Shown here in pieces: positions 27,882-37,518 of a stretch of 64,000 nucleotides of DNA. Origin of the DNA: a virus. The position numbers and the translations under genes are program-made. Every line of letters begins with the position of its first letter. The first letter of the stretch is position 1. Below the pieces are notes generated by a model. The model ran no database searches. It was not told where the DNA came from and saw only the letters and a list, made by a program, of their open reading frames with translations. The stretch spans positions 1 through 64,000 of IMG/VR virus record IMGVR_UViG_3300032284_002783; one strand, 5' to 3'.

Positions 27882-28698
27882 CTAGCTCAACATATTGCCA
27901 ATTACGGTTTTCCATAGGATAACCCACAGGATTACAAACGTAATTCATATTTGCAATAGTTTTCCAGCTACCATAATGTGTATGCCCGTAGCACCAATAT
28001 TTGATTTTTGGATCACAGACATCTTCCATCATGGTATTAACAAACATACCGTGTAGTTTGGTCCACGAAATATCTTGTGGTCTCAATACACTAAGTTGCC
28101 TATGTGGCAGATGATGCGTTACCACAACCACAGACTCCGGCGAATTGTTTACAGTGTTGATGATATATTCGCGATCTTTTTTAGCTGCATCTTCCACCGA
28201 CCAAGGATCAGCACCTTTTTGGTCCCACATAATCCTACTGTCATGGGTCTGCATCCATTCGAATATTTGATCACCTTTGCTGAAAGGTTCTCCAGCTACA
28301 AAATCATGCCATCCCGTTGCGCCAACAAAGCGTACTCCGTCGATCACAACAGAGTTATGGTTTAGATAATGAATGCCGTGCGACGCACTCCATTTAGCAT
28401 AATGCTGATGGATTTCATCAACCGTTTTTGGATATGGATAAAGTTTTTCAACATCCGGATTAAAGATTCTAGTACGATGAAAGCCAACATTATAAAAATC
28501 ATGATTGCCGGCTACCCAAATTACATTAGCCCAGGAGTCTTTCAACGATTTAATCCATTTACACGTAATCCAAATATCATTGCTGATATCCCCGGCGACC
28601 ACTATGGTATTGCAATCAGGAGAAGCCGGACTCAGCCTATCCGGATCCCATGCGGTGATGTCAACATGGACATCGGATATCAGTGTAAATTTCATCAT
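27874..28698 (-). CDS. Calcineurin-like metallophosphoesterase
   Basis: SDVH, AGD, GNHD, THH, GHTH. Confidence 0.9.
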   Translation of the reverse strand: MMKFTLISDVHVDITAWDPDRLSPASPDCNTIVVAGDISNDIWITCKWIKSLKDSWANVIWVAGNHDFYNVGFHRTRIFNPDVEKLYPYPKTVDEIHQHYAKWSASHGIHYLNHNSVVIDGVRFVGATGWHDFVAGEPFSKGDQIFEWMQTHDSRIMWDQKGADPWSVEDAAKKDREYIINTVNNSPESVVVVTHHLPHRQLSVLRPQDISWTKLHGMFVNTMMEDVCDPKIKYWCYGHTHYGSWKTIANMNYVCNPVGYPMENRNWQYVELDV

Positions 28699-28735
28699 AC
28701 AACTATAGCATACTTGTTTATAAGGTCAAAGTTTT

Positions 28736-29284
28736 TTATTTGAAAAACAAATGACTGCCTATTCTTATCGAATTACGGCCTCCGCCAACACTGTGGTGAT
28801 TGAAATAGATCGCGCCGTTACTTGGATCAGCTAGTTCTCCGCGATAAACCTTGTATGCCGTAAGCTGAACCTTTTGCCATGTCTCGTATTCAATTCGCCA
28901 TTTTGGCGAAATATTAAATCCTGCCCAAATGAATTGGTATGCCTTGCGTCCATTTACATAATTATATTGAAAAACATTTTCACAGATATCGGCACTCCAA
29001 TGCTGAACCTTTGTTCTATTAATTGGTACATGTGCTACAGCTATTTGTTCGTTAACCGTGCCACCCCTTGCTTCAAAATAAAGATTCCATGCTAAACATT
29101 CAACATTTTCTTTGTCAGCGTTTGTTAAATCTTTTGTTTGATCTATATTCAAAGGTAGAACTTCTCGCAAAACAGGAACCAATTTTTTATCATATAAAAT
29201 TGATTGCTCGGCTGCTGATGTTTGCAATGGAAAAACGCACGCATATATGATTATTAAACAGAGAATTTTTAAAAATAATTTCAT
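28736..29284 (-). CDS. Cell wall hydrolase (SleB/Hydrolase_2)
   Basis: Signal/TM segment; CLAWNLYFEARG, QFIW, GAIYF, IGSHLF. Confidence 0.85.
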   Translation of the reverse strand: MKLFLKILCLIIIYACVFPLQTSAAEQSILYDKKLVPVLREVLPLNIDQTKDLTNADKENVECLAWNLYFEARGGTVNEQIAVAHVPINRTKVQHWSADICENVFQYNYVNGRKAYQFIWAGFNISPKWRIEYETWQKVQLTAYKVYRGELADPSNGAIYFNHHSVGGGRNSIRIGSHLFFK

Positions 29285-29425
29285 TAAGATCCTTATTAGT
29301 CGGAGGCTGGAATTTTTTTCCAATCAAATAAAATATACTATGATATTCACCGACCGTTGTGTTGGTGATATTATTTAAAAATCACGTTTGTGACTTAAAA
29401 CTCAGTATAACTTAACTGAGTATTT

Positions 29426-29875
29426 TTAGGCGATGTAGAGAGAACTGCGGCCAGAATGTTCTCTGACCTCTACTGTCTTTATGATCAGTCGAGATATATT
29501 ACTTTCATTCAAGTGATTTTGAATAAAAAGAAAAACATGCTCTGCAAACTTTTCTATTCCTACACCTGGCATGGTTTTTAGATTGATTATACCAAGATCG
29601 CATAATCTATTGAATTCGTCGATTGCCGGATCATCATCACTTATTATAGTTGTGTTATGAAATGTAGATCTTAGATAATCATTTATAATTATTTCCAATG
29701 AACAAGGAACATTAGTTAAATCTTGATCTAAATTAAAACTTTCAAAAACTATTTTAACCGATATATTAAATCCTTTTAAGATTTTATCCCGATCGTCTAT
29801 AGCCCGAAAATTTCTTACTACACACGATAGATTCTCATTATGATCATATGTAATGGTAGATACATATCGTCCCAT
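29426..29875 (-). CDS. QueD/6-pyruvoyl-tetrahydropterin synthase-like protein, catalytic motifs degenerate
   Basis: YVST.TY..S.....R, TFHNTTIISDDDP, GIEKFAE, VEVREH; the C..HG motif is replaced by DKILKG. Confidence 0.6.
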   Translation of the reverse strand: MGRYVSTITYDHNENLSCVVRNFRAIDDRDKILKGFNISVKIVFESFNLDQDLTNVPCSLEIIINDYLRSTFHNTTIISDDDPAIDEFNRLCDLGIINLKTMPGVGIEKFAEHVFLFIQNHLNESNISRLIIKTVEVREHSGRSSLYIA

Positions 29876-29963
29876 ATTTTATTGTAAATGAAAAATTTGA
29901 TTTTGCAAATCAGCATTGATTTTAACAATCATTCTTGTATACTAGAAAAAACATGAGGAAAAA

Positions 29964-30317
29964 ATGAATAAGATCGGTGAGCAAGATCTAAAAGACTGGA
30001 ATACCTATATCAACAAACTTTGGTCAGAACCGGAAACATTTTTCAAACCAAAGAAAGCTCGGCAAGATGAACAACAGATTTTAGATCTGCACGGCATGAC
30101 GATTCAAACTGCCTTTAATAAAACTAGACAGTTTGTTCAGCGTCATTACGATATTGGTTCAAAACTTATTACAGTTATCACAGGCAAGAGCGGCAAGATT
30201 GCCGAAGAGTTTCCTCACTGGCTAAACAATCTTCCTTGCATTCACAGCTATGAACAACTAGAAGATAGCAGGGGACAAAGCGGTGCTTACATTATTCGGC
30301 TGAAAAAATCTAATTAA
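29964..30317 (+). CDS. Stand-alone Smr-domain endonuclease
   Basis: LDLHGMT...VITGKSG...PHWL...GQSGAYII.LK. Confidence 0.88.
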   Translation: MNKIGEQDLKDWNTYINKLWSEPETFFKPKKARQDEQQILDLHGMTIQTAFNKTRQFVQRHYDIGSKLITVITGKSGKIAEEFPHWLNNLPCIHSYEQLEDSRGQSGAYIIRLKKSN

Positions 30318-30670
30318 TCTTGGTGTCTAAACCAAAGAAATGTAGCGTCCTCAAGGAAGCTGTTAATGTCGCCTATAAATTCAGCCGTGTGGGCCCAGTG
30401 CCATTGACCTGTCTTTTTATTATTGAATGGCAGACCATTAAACGTCGTGTTAGGCAAATCTAACCTTACGTTACTAGTAAAATCACAAACCCAATTGTTA
30501 GCATACAAACTATGCATTACACCTCTGTCACTTTGTTCCAAAATGATATTAGGACTTGAACATTGATAGGTAAGACAGCCATATTGTTTACTACCTACCA
30601 TGTATTCGGGCAAACGAATAGTATTATCCACAAATAGTAGTTTATCGGCGTATTCAATTGGAAATTTCAT
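30314..30670 (-). CDS. Hypothetical protein
   Basis: ORF directly behind TTGACA-16-TATAGT. Confidence 0.6.
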   Translation of the reverse strand: MKFPIEYADKLLFVDNTIRLPEYMVGSKQYGCLTYQCSSPNIILEQSDRGVMHSLYANNWVCDFTSNVRLDLPNTTFNGLPFNNKKTGQWHWAHTAEFIGDINSFLEDATFLWFRHQD

Positions 30671-30727
30671 CAAAATACTATAACATATTCTAAAATCATG
30701 TCAACTGTTAAGTAGATAGATAATTTT

Positions 30728-30760
30728 TGCTGCAACTGCTAAATATGTTGCACTGCACAA
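30728..30760. promoter_or_regulatory. PhaR-like operator (TGC-N-GCA repeats) with overlapping TAAATA
   Basis: TGCTGCAACTGCTAAATATGTTGCACTGCACAA. Confidence 0.45.
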
Positions 30761-30796
30761 TAAAATCTATTATATAATAAACAGGAGGTAGTTATT

Positions 30797-30958
30797 ATGT
30801 GTAAGAGAGTGAACCGTTGGTTTAAAAAGGTATGGAAAAACATGTCTCAAGATCCAATTGAAGCATATCTCAGCCAAGCCACAGATTCTGTGGATTTGGA
30901 GCATCGTATGCGTACCGTAACCTATCGTATGATTAACAAACCTACATGGAGACAGTAA
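30797..30958 (+). CDS. DUF3563-like small protein (53 aa)
   Basis: AGGAGG RBS; EAYLSQATDSVDLEHRMR. Confidence 0.7.
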   Translation: MCKRVNRWFKKVWKNMSQDPIEAYLSQATDSVDLEHRMRTVTYRMINKPTWRQ

Positions 30959-30959
30959 A

Positions 30960-31127
30960 ATGGAAAATATGCGTGAAATGAACGAAACACTAGTAAAGTA
31001 CATGGTAGAGTCAACTCGTCAAGCTGTTGAGTTTGGTCAGAAGGCTTGGACCGACTATGTTGAACTATCCAAGACTATTATGAATAAAGTTCCAGGTATG
31101 GATACTTGGACTAAAAACAAGAAGTAA
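30960..31127 (+). CDS. Small amphipathic helical protein, possibly phasin-like (55 aa)
   Basis: GGAG RBS; MENMREMNETLVKYMVESTRQAVEFGQKAWTDYVELSKTIM. Confidence 0.55.
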   Translation: MENMREMNETLVKYMVESTRQAVEFGQKAWTDYVELSKTIMNKVPGMDTWTKNKK

Positions 31128-31145
31128 AAACTACTAAAAACTTAC

Positions 31146-31176
31146 AAAAAAAGCTAGCTGAAAAGCTAGCTTTTTT
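31146..31176. terminator. Bidirectional intrinsic terminator
   Basis: AAAAAAGCTAGC-TGAAAA-GCTAGCTTTTTT. Confidence 0.8.
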
Positions 31177-31179
31177 CTT

Positions 31180-31413
31180 ATCGTAGGCTGCTCAATGTCA
31201 GCTTGTGGAGCTTTTCCAACAGTTACTTTGGATTCTTATCTTCACCGTATCAGGTTGTCATCTTCGGTGAATAGTTGGTTGTGTCCCTTTAACGATGTCC
31301 GGTACTCCGATCCGCTCAACCCTGCACGTTGCTCTCACTCACACTTTATAAGGTCTGATTAATAAATCGCCTTACACCCTGTACGTCTGCGTGTCTATCC
31401 ACGCCGCTACGAT
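31180..31413 (-). ncRNA. Unassigned tRNA-like structured RNA (about 234 nt)
   Basis: Ends pair AUCGUAG/CUACGAU; D-like hairpin GCGUG-GAUAGA-CACGC; T-like hairpin GCUG-ACAUUGAG-CAGC; TATTAATA 5 nt upstream, terminator downstream. Confidence 0.6.
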
Positions 31414-31443
31414 ATGTATATTAATACATAACAGTTTGAAAAA

Positions 31444-32091
31444 CTACAATAATACTAATTTTTCATGTTTAACTATACACTTAGGATCAACATAAATTTC
31501 CCAGCCTTTTTCCTGTGCTGTCCAACAAAATCCAACATCCTCAGCACAGAAATCATGGAAGGTTTCGTTTGAAATCCATCGTGGTTGAAACCATGGATAA
31601 TCTAATGATTCCATCACTCCTTTTTTGATTGCAATAAAACCAAATCCTGTATAGCTGACCTTAAATAGAGCAGATTTTGTTTTTAAATCATCGTCATTTA
31701 AGAACTTAAATGTCCCATAATCTTTTAAATGTGCATAGTTGAGGTTTTCTACTACAGGATAATTGATGCCGTCACTCATATGATATAATCCAGCAACAAT
31801 GTCTCTATTGTGATTTAACAATGTTAGTATAGAATCAGCCGACCATACAACATCTGAATCAATCCATATTTGATAGTCATAGTCTATTTGTCCTTGCCAC
31901 GGTTTTTGTTTTTTACCATTAAGATTATTACCGCCTAAAATTCTATTTCGACAATAATAAACAACGGGATCATAATCCATGCAATATGCATAAGATATGT
32001 TATTCTGTGATAGAAGATTTATTGTATGATTCCAACTATTAAACCAGTTGTTTGAAAAAGATTTACCCGGCAGACAGAATATAATTCTCAT
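31444..32091 (-). CDS. GT-A fold glycosyltransferase
   Basis: WIDSD, YTGFGF, AEDVGFC. Confidence 0.8.
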   Translation of the reverse strand: MRIIFCLPGKSFSNNWFNSWNHTINLLSQNNISYAYCMDYDPVVYYCRNRILGGNNLNGKKQKPWQGQIDYDYQIWIDSDVVWSADSILTLLNHNRDIVAGLYHMSDGINYPVVENLNYAHLKDYGTFKFLNDDDLKTKSALFKVSYTGFGFIAIKKGVMESLDYPWFQPRWISNETFHDFCAEDVGFCWTAQEKGWEIYVDPKCIVKHEKLVLL

Positions 32092-32819
32092 TATCTGTTT
32101 TCTCTCCAGGGGAATCCCATAGGGTACTTTGATTTCATAACTGAATTACCTTGAATAAAAAAGTCAGCTGTAACACTACCTGGGTTTCCGTCTAATCTAT
32201 AACAAACAGTGGCCTTACCAGTGCATTTATAGTTTGGATCATATTGATCAATTATTGAATAAAATCTTCTATCGCCGCCCCATCCGCTATACCATGCAGA
32301 TGCTAGGCCTACAATAGTTTCTTTTCTAATACAATAAGTAGATGTATCAACTAATCTATGTTGATCTGAAAGATATATAGGCCAACGTCCTAGGCTTTCA
32401 CAATCATCATCACAAATATAGTTAAGATTGCTATCATATATTTTTCTCAAACTATGACACCAATGTAAATTGTAGCAATTAATAGTGTCTATCATCGTTT
32501 GCACGTGATCGGGTAAGAACCAATTATCTTCATCACAATATAAAATATAATCATGATTAAACAAAAAACTAGCTGCTGCTAGTATTCGATGTCCATACCA
32601 TCCATCTTTTCCAGTATTTTCAGGTAAAACACAATGCTTGACGGCGGGATATTTTTTTAATATCTCTAGTGACCTACCAGCAAATTCTGGACCATCTATA
32701 ATAGACCAAACATCTATCTTATCAATTATTCTATTAAATTTTTGATTTGTAGCCCCATTTAAGGCTTGAACCAGTTTTTCCGTACCTATAGTTGGTATGA
32801 CGATTACAGCAGATACCAT
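32091..32819 (-). CDS. GT2-family glycosyltransferase
   Basis: VIPT, IIDG, CDEDNW, GGDRRF. Confidence 0.82.
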   Translation of the reverse strand: MVSAVIVIPTIGTEKLVQALNGATNQKFNRIIDKIDVWSIIDGPEFAGRSLEILKKYPAVKHCVLPENTGKDGWYGHRILAAASFLFNHDYILYCDEDNWFLPDHVQTMIDTINCYNLHWCHSLRKIYDSNLNYICDDDCESLGRWPIYLSDQHRLVDTSTYCIRKETIVGLASAWYSGWGGDRRFYSIIDQYDPNYKCTGKATVCYRLDGNPGSVTADFFIQGNSVMKSKYPMGFPWRENR

Positions 32820-32854
32820 ACCAAATTATAGCCAATGCCGCATAAATTTCCTAG

Positions 32855-33583
32855 TTAAAAATACCACACAAAGTTCTTAACGTATGAATCTCGATCGATT
32901 TCATTTAATGATAAAAACTCTTCTTCCATTTTGCGCCATTTATCCATCAATGGTATTGAAATAGATGGATACCAATAACATCCAAGAGCATTTCTGCTCC
33001 AAGGAAATCTTCCTTTTATTCTAAACTCGTTGAGCATATCAATGACTATCCAACGAAGATTGCTGCCAGAATCAATACTTAAACTATTTCTATCAAAAGA
33101 TGTAGTGCTTAGCCATTCTCTAACCTTTAGTCGTATAGGCAATGGTGCTAGTCCAATGGTTGTATTAACGACATTACTAGTCCAAACCATAGAACTGCTT
33201 CGATGTGCTTGATCTATTACACCAGGAATACCCCGTCTGATAGGCACCAAATGATCTCTGGTTCCCATCCATGGTAATATGCTACAAGCATGATTAACAC
33301 GATTTCCAGAATGAATAACTGGTTCAGACAAAACACTAGAATAAAAACATCTGTAATCAGCAGTTGGAATTTTAGATTTTCTAAATCTTACAGCTTGTCG
33401 TGAAGATAGATAAGATGGAGGTTCCCAGAGACCAATAACATCTTTTTCTATAGTTGGAGTTTTGATTTCACCATAAACACCCTGTGCAAATCTTTCATTT
33501 CTTTTCTGTTTGTGTACTAGATGCTTTTTAACATCTTTAGGCAGCTGATCTGTCGCTAGGTACATTGGCTGTTTCGGTCTCAA
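32855..33583 (-). CDS. Hypothetical protein, possible HNH-like nuclease
   Basis: CFY...TRDHLVP...SNVVN; weak match. Confidence 0.5.
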   Translation of the reverse strand: MRPKQPMYLATDQLPKDVKKHLVHKQKRNERFAQGVYGEIKTPTIEKDVIGLWEPPSYLSSRQAVRFRKSKIPTADYRCFYSSVLSEPVIHSGNRVNHACSILPWMGTRDHLVPIRRGIPGVIDQAHRSSSMVWTSNVVNTTIGLAPLPIRLKVREWLSTTSFDRNSLSIDSGSNLRWIVIDMLNEFRIKGRFPWSRNALGCYWYPSISIPLMDKWRKMEEEFLSLNEIDRDSYVKNFVWYF

Positions 33584-34538
33584 TAAAGATTTTTTTACCG
33601 TGTTTGCGAAGTTTGAATCCTTTTACATATAGCTCATTTTTTGAATCAAATGTAGCATTCTGCAGGCCGTATGCAAACTGTTCAATATGCCCGATACTAT
33701 AACCATAAACATGGTTGATTCCAAGAATATGAAGAATAAGATTTTTAATTCTAACCATGCTGAGATCTTTGATTTTTGTCCAATCAAGCATATTAGATTC
33801 AATTTCAGCATTTTTCAAATCATTCTCGGCTAATGCTGTGGTCAATTCCCAGGCTTCGCCTAGTAACTCAATACTTTTGTTAATATTGATATCTGCAATA
33901 TCAAATCTTTCAGCGATCACTGGCCACACAGCATGACGAATATAGTTTCGATCATATTTCAAATCTGCATTACTCGTATCTTCACAATGTTTGATGTCAT
34001 TCATTGCAGCATATGCCTCAATGGTGCTACGACTCACGTTAAGTAAAGGTCGAATAACATTTACATCTGCATCGTACCAGCAAGTTGTAACAGCAGGCAT
34101 ACTCTTAAGTCCGCGAATGCCACTGCCGCGGAATAGTTTTAGAAAGAATGTTTCAATTTGATCATTCATATGATGCGCCAACACTAGGCTGTCTGCACCT
34201 GTTGCACAGAATGCCCTATAACGTGCTTGTCTAGCAGCATACTCAACATTTTTACCAAAGACATCAATTGATACCTTTTGTACTGTACATTTAAGACCAA
34301 GATTAGCACAGGTGTGCTCTACCATAATGGCCCACTCGGCACTTTGTGGATGAATGCCGTGATCAATGTGCATGACTTCAAAAATGTCAGGTAGGTTATT
34401 TTTGTTTTGTGCTAACCAATGTAGAAGTACCATGCTGTCAATGCCACCACTGACACCAATAATACATTTCTTTGAATCTTTGATAGAAGATTCAAACCAT
34501 TCCAAATTGATTAACTGCATTTGAGGTTCCATTTGCAT
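33537..34538 (-). CDS. tilS: tRNA(Ile)-lysidine synthetase (C-terminally short)
   Basis: SGGIDSMVL, IDHGIH, AARQARY, AHHMNDQIETFF, RGSGIRGL, RPLL, EDTSN, RNYIR. Confidence 0.92.
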   Translation of the reverse strand: MQMEPQMQLINLEWFESSIKDSKKCIIGVSGGIDSMVLLHWLAQNKNNLPDIFEVMHIDHGIHPQSAEWAIMVEHTCANLGLKCTVQKVSIDVFGKNVEYAARQARYRAFCATGADSLVLAHHMNDQIETFFLKLFRGSGIRGLKSMPAVTTCWYDADVNVIRPLLNVSRSTIEAYAAMNDIKHCEDTSNADLKYDRNYIRHAVWPVIAERFDIADININKSIELLGEAWELTTALAENDLKNAEIESNMLDWTKIKDLSMVRIKNLILHILGINHVYGYSIGHIEQFAYGLQNATFDSKNELYVKGFKLRKHGKKIFIETETANVPSDRSAA

Positions 34539-34563
34539 AGAATATACTGAATTAAAATATAAA

Positions 34564-35016
34564 TCAAGGCAATAATGCTGTATCGACTAATTTTTTCAAC
34601 TTATTAGCAGCTCGTTCGCTGGCAAATAACTGTTCAACTCCCCAATGCAGGGGTTTTGGCAAATCATCAATAGTGGTCCACATATAATCACAGCTTTCCC
34701 AGTTCAACTTTGGATGAAAAGTTTTTTCGATTATACTTACATATGTATAAAACTTGAAACGCGGTGCATGCGTTTCATTGGTATAGAGTAAATGCAAATC
34801 ACGAGGAATTTGATATCCTACCTCTTCGCGGCATTCTCTTATTGCTGCAACCTTTGGATCTTCATTACCATCTACTCCGCCCCCGGGAAAGCACCATGTT
34901 AAAGGTGTCGGAACAAAGTCTGATCTTTTAATCAGTAGAAATTTCTTGCTCTCTGGTACAAAGAGTAAACAGCCTGCACCATATTTTGTTGGATATAAAA
35001 GATCATTTGAACGCAT
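34564..35016 (-). CDS. Nudix hydrolase
   Basis: GGGVDGNEDPKVAAIRECREEVG Nudix box. Confidence 0.92.
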   Translation of the reverse strand: MRSNDLLYPTKYGAGCLLFVPESKKFLLIKRSDFVPTPLTWCFPGGGVDGNEDPKVAAIRECREEVGYQIPRDLHLLYTNETHAPRFKFYTYVSIIEKTFHPKLNWESCDYMWTTIDDLPKPLHWGVEQLFASERAANKLKKLVDTALLP

Positions 35017-35024
35017 ACCAATAT

Positions 35025-36383
35025 TTATCTTTCAACAGCAGGCATCTTTTTTAGCTCTTGAATTTCCTTTCTATAAATTGCACGCATTTTCTCTTTGTCT
35101 TTTAGAATAGCATTATAATCTGCGATAATTGCCTTAAATTCTTTTATTTTATCCACAGTTTCTGCATAACTATCCTTAGCCCAACGATAAGAAGGTAAAG
35201 AGCTAAGACGATCAACTTGTCCATCATCTAGTGTAATGCCTTTGGTAATCTTCCTTATTTTGTCGACGACATCTTGTTTGTCCTTAGCTTTGGTCAAAAA
35301 TGCAGGCAACCCTTGATCCATACATTCCTTTATTGCAAGATACCAATTCAAATTGCGGTTAGCATCTGCTAGCAGTTTTTCATATCTAACTTTATAAAAA
35401 CCAAGTCTCCATTCAACAAAGTCTCTAATCAACTTTTCAGCAGACTCATATTGCTTGATAGACGTACCATTCCAATCAAGAACAACAATTCGTTCGGTTG
35501 TTTTACTACGTAGTTTTAAGAAGTCAATTGCCTTGTCTTTTGTCCAACCATCAATACTTCCACGTTTAAACTTGATTTCAACTCGTATATTCTTTGTGCT
35601 TTTATCCGTATAATTTTGAATCTGATCCTCGTCCTCCATACGATTTAAACGCTCTTTGAATTTTTCCAAGTTAAGAGTTGGAGGCAGTTCGGTAACTATA
35701 ACGCTGCTCCCATCAATTTCTACTTTACCAGAAAACTCATAGCTATTATTGCCAAGAGATTTTACTGTGGCATTAAGAAAATCATAATACGGTAACAGCT
35801 CAGGTAATTTCTTTTTGTCGTCAAGTGCTGCAAGTGTAGCGTCAATGAGTGCATCGAGGGATCTGGGTAATATTTCTGTACTCCAACCAACAGCAATACC
35901 ACTAACTCCATTAAGAAGAACTATCGGAATAAGTGGCAAAAAGTGTTTAGGTTCTAATACTGATCCATCGTAGTTTTCTTTTAAAGGAATAATGTCATAA
36001 TCCTGATATATTAAATTCTCAGTATGAGTACTTTTCTTTACATATGTATATCGAGGAGCACCCCAATCAGTTGGACCAACTCTGGTGCCAAATGCACCAA
36101 TACCATGAAGCAAGGTAACGTTGTTGCAATAGGGTGCAGCCATCAAACTTATAGTATCACATGCTGCTGCATCTCCGTGTAGATAAACGTTCTCGCTGAT
36201 CATTCTACCAGCCAAGCTAATTGTTTTAATCTTGTCTGATTGACTTTTCATTACGAACAACGCTTTACGCTGTGCATCTTTTAAACCATCGCTAACTGAC
36301 GGAATGCCGCGGCTTTGACAGACATAAATGCTGTAGTCTCGGCTGGTGTCTTTGATAAAGGTAGTTGTGTCTTTGTATGTCAT
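35025..36383 (-). CDS. Type II DNA topoisomerase, GyrA/gp52-like subunit
   Basis: RGIPSVSDGLK..QRK, YLHGD, GAPRYT active-site Tyr, SGIAVGW. Confidence 0.93.
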   Translation of the reverse strand: MTYKDTTTFIKDTSRDYSIYVCQSRGIPSVSDGLKDAQRKALFVMKSQSDKIKTISLAGRMISENVYLHGDAAACDTISLMAAPYCNNVTLLHGIGAFGTRVGPTDWGAPRYTYVKKSTHTENLIYQDYDIIPLKENYDGSVLEPKHFLPLIPIVLLNGVSGIAVGWSTEILPRSLDALIDATLAALDDKKKLPELLPYYDFLNATVKSLGNNSYEFSGKVEIDGSSVIVTELPPTLNLEKFKERLNRMEDEDQIQNYTDKSTKNIRVEIKFKRGSIDGWTKDKAIDFLKLRSKTTERIVVLDWNGTSIKQYESAEKLIRDFVEWRLGFYKVRYEKLLADANRNLNWYLAIKECMDQGLPAFLTKAKDKQDVVDKIRKITKGITLDDGQVDRLSSLPSYRWAKDSYAETVDKIKEFKAIIADYNAILKDKEKMRAIYRKEIQELKKMPAVER

Positions 36384-36392
36384 TTCTTTTGC

Positions 36393-36635
36393 CTAGTTTG
36401 AAAGTTGATATAAAACAAGATCTTCCATGGTTTCAAATTCAATGAACCACTTTATGTATGTATATACAGAATCTGCATGAATACTCCTCCAAACTTTAGC
36501 TGTTGGAGCATGTTGTCTACACCAAGATTCTGCCTTAACAGTTTCAGTATAGTCAATAAATGGCAGATAAGAATCTAGATCTATATCAGTTATGACTCTT
36601 TTTTCATTTATTGTGAGTTTATATTCATTAGTCAT
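36393..36635 (-). CDS. Small paralog-family protein
   Basis: AESWCRQH...IEFETMEDLVLYQL. Confidence 0.6.
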   Translation of the reverse strand: MTNEYKLTINEKRVITDIDLDSYLPFIDYTETVKAESWCRQHAPTAKVWRSIHADSVYTYIKWFIEFETMEDLVLYQLSN

Positions 36636-36729
36636 TTATCATTGATTTTACTGGATTTCTAATAGATTTTGCAAGTGCTTTATTGAAACTTGAATGTTGT
36701 AAATAGTGTGCTAGCAAGGAGTAATAGAT

Positions 36730-37518
36730 ATGGATAGGTTTTCATTACCAACACAAGAACAAGTAGAATTAATTATTGGCAGAGCACAGACTGTTGGGAC
36801 ACCAATACGAGCTGTTGCAGATTCTTTAAGAATTGGACCAACGATTGCTATTCAAAATCTATCAACTGTACAAACAGATAGTGCCGTACAGGCCGCTGTA
36901 GCCGCAATGCAAATTCAATTAGATCGCGATTGGCAAGCTGCTTGGGGAACTACAGCAACACTGATGTTTTACTCACGCAATCAAAGCATTCCTTCGACAT
37001 ATTGGCCAATTTATATTCTTGATACTACCGATACCAGCGGAGCATTAGGTTATCATGATGAGCTAGTCGGCGGTCGTCCATATGGTCGTGTATTTGCCAA
37101 AACTGCAGCACAATACGGTTATAGTTGGACTGTAACATTAAGTCATGAATTGCTGGAAATGATGGCCGATCCTTATGTTAACCTTACAGTCTTTAATCAA
37201 ACAACTTCAAAGGCAGGTCGCTTATATGCTTATGAAGTAGGGGATCCTGTTGAAGCAGATATGTATGGATACAGAATCAACAACATTTTAGTAAGTGACT
37301 TTGTGTTTCCTAGTTGGTTTGATACTTATGCAACAGCTAGAGGCACACGTTACGATCAAACAAATCATGTGTCAGCACCATTTCAGATCTTAACTGGAGG
37401 ATATATGAGTGTGTTTAATGTTACCAATGGATCAGGTTGGACAATGATCACACACAATAATATCGAAACAGCAGAGCCTCCTCTAAGCGATAGAAATCGT
37501 TGGCTTAGAGACGATTAA
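36730..37518 (+). CDS. Zincin-like metalloprotease
   Basis: GALGYHD, SHELLEMMADP, EVGDPVE; TAAATA and AGGAG upstream. Confidence 0.7.
   Translation: MDRFSLPTQEQVELIIGRAQTVGTPIRAVADSLRIGPTIAIQNLSTVQTDSAVQAAVAAMQIQLDRDWQAAWGTTATLMFYSRNQSIPSTYWPIYILDTTDTSGALGYHDELVGGRPYGRVFAKTAAQYGYSWTVTLSHELLEMMADPYVNLTVFNQTTSKAGRLYAYEVGDPVEADMYGYRINNILVSDFVFPSWFDTYATARGTRYDQTNHVSAPFQILTGGYMSVFNVTNGSGWTMITHNNIETAEPPLSDRNRWLRDD

Noticed and set aside
30770-31003. 77 aa minus-strand ORF
   Set aside because: Antisense to two RBS-supported plus-strand genes
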